Source of the DNA: a virus
Taxonomy: Duplodnaviria > Caudoviricetes
Direction: 5' to 3' (one strand)
DNA length: 34,025 nucleotides
Virus record (IMG/VR): IMGVR_UViG_3300037458_000628
Location: 1-34,025 of that record
In this document: in pieces, positions 32,629 to 34,025 of the stretch
Layout: every line of letters begins with the position of its first letter
Numbering within the stretch: position 1 is the stretch's first letter
The notes under the pieces: model-generated
What the model saw: the letters and a program-made list of their open reading frames with translations, nothing else
Told to the model about the DNA's origin: nothing
Databases searched by the model: none
Made by a program: the position numbers and the translations under genes

Positions 32629-32684
32629 TGCCCACCGGCGCCGGCGCCTCGTTCGCCGGCATGGCACGACAGGAAGGACCGCGC

Positions 32685-32873
32685 ATGATGACCGCCGACC
32701 GCTGCGCCAAGCTGGCGCGCGACCTCCGAGAGCACATCGACCCGGGCGAGTGCAACGAGTGCGCCGCGCTCGCCACGCTGGCCGACGGCCTTGTGCAGCT
32801 GGCCAGGAACGGGTTCGCCGGTCCGATGTGCGAGCACCTGCTCGCGCAGGCGTTGCGGGAGGTGGCCCGGTGA
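32685..32873 (+). CDS. Hypothetical protein
   Basis: AGGAAGGA RBS; H....CNEC. Confidence 0.65.
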   Translation: MMTADRCAKLARDLREHIDPGECNECAALATLADGLVQLARNGFAGPMCEHLLAQALREVAR

Positions 32874-33010
32874 CCGGCCACGACGTCACCCTCGCGTGGA
32901 TCGCCGCCGGCCTCCTCGCGGTCGCCGTCGCGCTGGGCATCGCGTGGGTCGACGACGTGGTGCAGCGCCGCCGCGACGCGCGGCTGGAGCGCGAGTGGGA
33001 GCAGTCGTGA
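32870..33010 (+). CDS. 46-aa single-TM protein
   Basis: GGAGG RBS, GTGA overlaps, hydrophobic segment. Confidence 0.7.
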   Translation: MTGHDVTLAWIAAGLLAVAVALGIAWVDDVVQRRRDARLEREWEQS

Positions 33011-33759
33011 ACGCCTGCATCTGCTGTGGATCGGCACTTGAGCGTCACGACTGGGAGACCGCGCCACGCTACGAACGCCGCCGGTACTGCGGGATGGCGT
33101 GCGCGAAGCACTACGCGCACTGGGGTGGCCATGTCCGCCCGGCTAGGGAGTCACTGCCACCCCGCCCCGAGGCCTGCACCGCCGCCGGATGCGAGAAGCC
33201 GAACGCGTGGGGCGGACTGTGCTCGATGCACCAAGCGCGGAAGGCGCGGCACGGCTCGGTCGACGGCATTTCGCCAAAGCGTGTCGGATCGCCCGGCGAC
33301 TCACTGATGCGCCGACTGCTGCTGGGCGTAGACGATGACTCCGACTGCTGGCTCTGGGGCCGCGCCAAGTCCGACAGCGGCTACGGCCACCTGCTGCATC
33401 TAGGCCGCCAGCGTGGCGTTCACGTCTGGATGTGGGAGGCGTATCACGGTCGCCCGGTCCCACCGGGCATGCAGGTCTGCCACTCCTGCGACGTGCGCGC
33501 GTGCCTCAACCCAAACCACCTGTGGCTCGGAAGTGCGGCCGACAACGCTGCCGACATGCGCGAGAAGAGGCGCCAGGCTCGTGGATCGCGCCACTCGCAG
33601 GCGCTGCTCACAGAGGAGCAAGTGCTCGCCATCCGCGCTGACCATCGCAACCGGCGGGAGGTGGCTGCCGACTACGGGATTTCGCCACACACCGTCTACT
33701 GCATCCGCACACGGCTGAGCTGGCAATGGCTCGGTGATGACGGCGAGGCCATCGCATGA
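33007..33759 (+). CDS. HNH homing endonuclease with N-terminal Zn fingers and C-terminal HTH
   Basis: CWLW......GYG...H...W....G.....VCHSCD...C.NP.HL..G...DN..DM..K.R; LTEEQV..IR. Confidence 0.92.
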   Translation: MNACICCGSALERHDWETAPRYERRRYCGMACAKHYAHWGGHVRPARESLPPRPEACTAAGCEKPNAWGGLCSMHQARKARHGSVDGISPKRVGSPGDSLMRRLLLGVDDDSDCWLWGRAKSDSGYGHLLHLGRQRGVHVWMWEAYHGRPVPPGMQVCHSCDVRACLNPNHLWLGSAADNAADMREKRRQARGSRHSQALLTEEQVLAIRADHRNRREVAADYGISPHTVYCIRTRLSWQWLGDDGEAIA

Positions 33760-33920
33760 AGCTGAGATGGAAGTGCAAGGTGTGCCACCAGGCCGGCTGG
33801 GACCCGATCAACGCCAATCTGCGCTCGTTCTGGCAGCACTGGCGGGCGTGGCACGGCGGTGCGGGCGTGTGGGTCGGCACCGCCCCCCGGTCCATGTTCG
33901 ACGGGGTGATGGGGCGATGA
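33756..33920 (+). CDS. 54-aa Trp-rich C2H2-like protein (not in ORF track on this strand)
   Basis: MKLRWKCKVC...H....H; ATGA overlaps at both ends. Confidence 0.7.
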   Translation: MKLRWKCKVCHQAGWDPINANLRSFWQHWRAWHGGAGVWVGTAPRSMFDGVMGR

Positions 33921-34025
33921 AGCGCCTCCTCGCACTCGCCGTCGTCGTCGCCGTGACCCCCGCCGTGTGGGCCGTGCGGCTCCTCGACGACCTCAGCCTC
34001 GCCCTCGACGTGTGGGAGGACCGAT
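33917..34025 (+). CDS. Small membrane protein, truncated by the window end
   Basis: MKRLLALAVVVAVTPAVWAVRLLDD...; ends GGAGGACCGAT, consistent with an imminent ATGA junction. Confidence 0.6.
   Translation, partial: MKRLLALAVVVAVTPAVWAVRLLDDLSLALDVWEDR

Larger units (their letters stand above)
1..34025. mobile_element. Temperate siphovirus (actinobacteriophage-like) genome, near complete
   Basis: Terminase, HK97-type portal/protease/capsid, tail tube, tape measure, lysis, integrase and repressor/cro all present in typical order; ATGA/GTGA-coupled genes throughout; no host genes. Confidence 0.97.

Noticed and set aside
1300-33007. ORF-track upstream starts (e.g. 1300, 1740, 2614, 4804, 11112, 22275, 31685, 32791)
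   Set aside because: The extensions overlap upstream genes; downstream starts with RBS or 4-bp overlaps fit better
33917-34025. Circular closure of the window end onto position 1
   Set aside because: Joining does give an open frame into ORF 36. However, the end looks like RBS plus AT[GA], and positions 1-45 look like the tail of a different gene, so sequence is probably missing; no terminal repeat seen
1-34025. Stop-codon reassignment (TGA)
   Set aside because: TGA ends nearly all genes at ATGA/GTGA overlaps, and conserved proteins are full length under code 11

Overview
High-GC temperate siphovirus or prophage of an actinobacterial host, almost a whole genome. The two window ends do not join, so some early-region sequence is missing. 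No host genes are visible. Gene order: early/replication genes (ERF annealase, RepA-like initiator with internal iterons, many small Zn-finger and HTH genes; 1-4767); HNH, terS, terL, portal and a fused protease-major capsid gene (4942-10453); a 5.5-kb block of accessory virion genes including a protein with ~23 repeats (10536-16036); neck, tail tube, frameshifting chaperone, M23-bearing tape measure and tail tip genes (16048-27196); lysis genes (27196-28783); a leaderless RHH-controlled three-gene moron (28903-29581); an arm-less tyrosine integrase, C-terminally tagged repressor and divergent Cro (29548-31091); further early genes including an Hjc-like resolvase and an HNH homing endonuclease. 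The most interesting signals are: (i) a putative beads-on-a-string neck/head fibre module with a repeat ruler and an alternative tip gene; (ii) nested gene-sized cassettes bounded by 20-25 bp duplications of RBS/start junctions; (iii) an integration-dependent-immunity-type switch with paralogous repressor and Cro; (iv) a duplicated translation start inside the protease-capsid fusion; (v) a non-canonical -1 frameshift site with a candidate pseudoknot; (vi) a structured ~150-nt late leader. All family calls come from motif recognition by eye; no searches were run.
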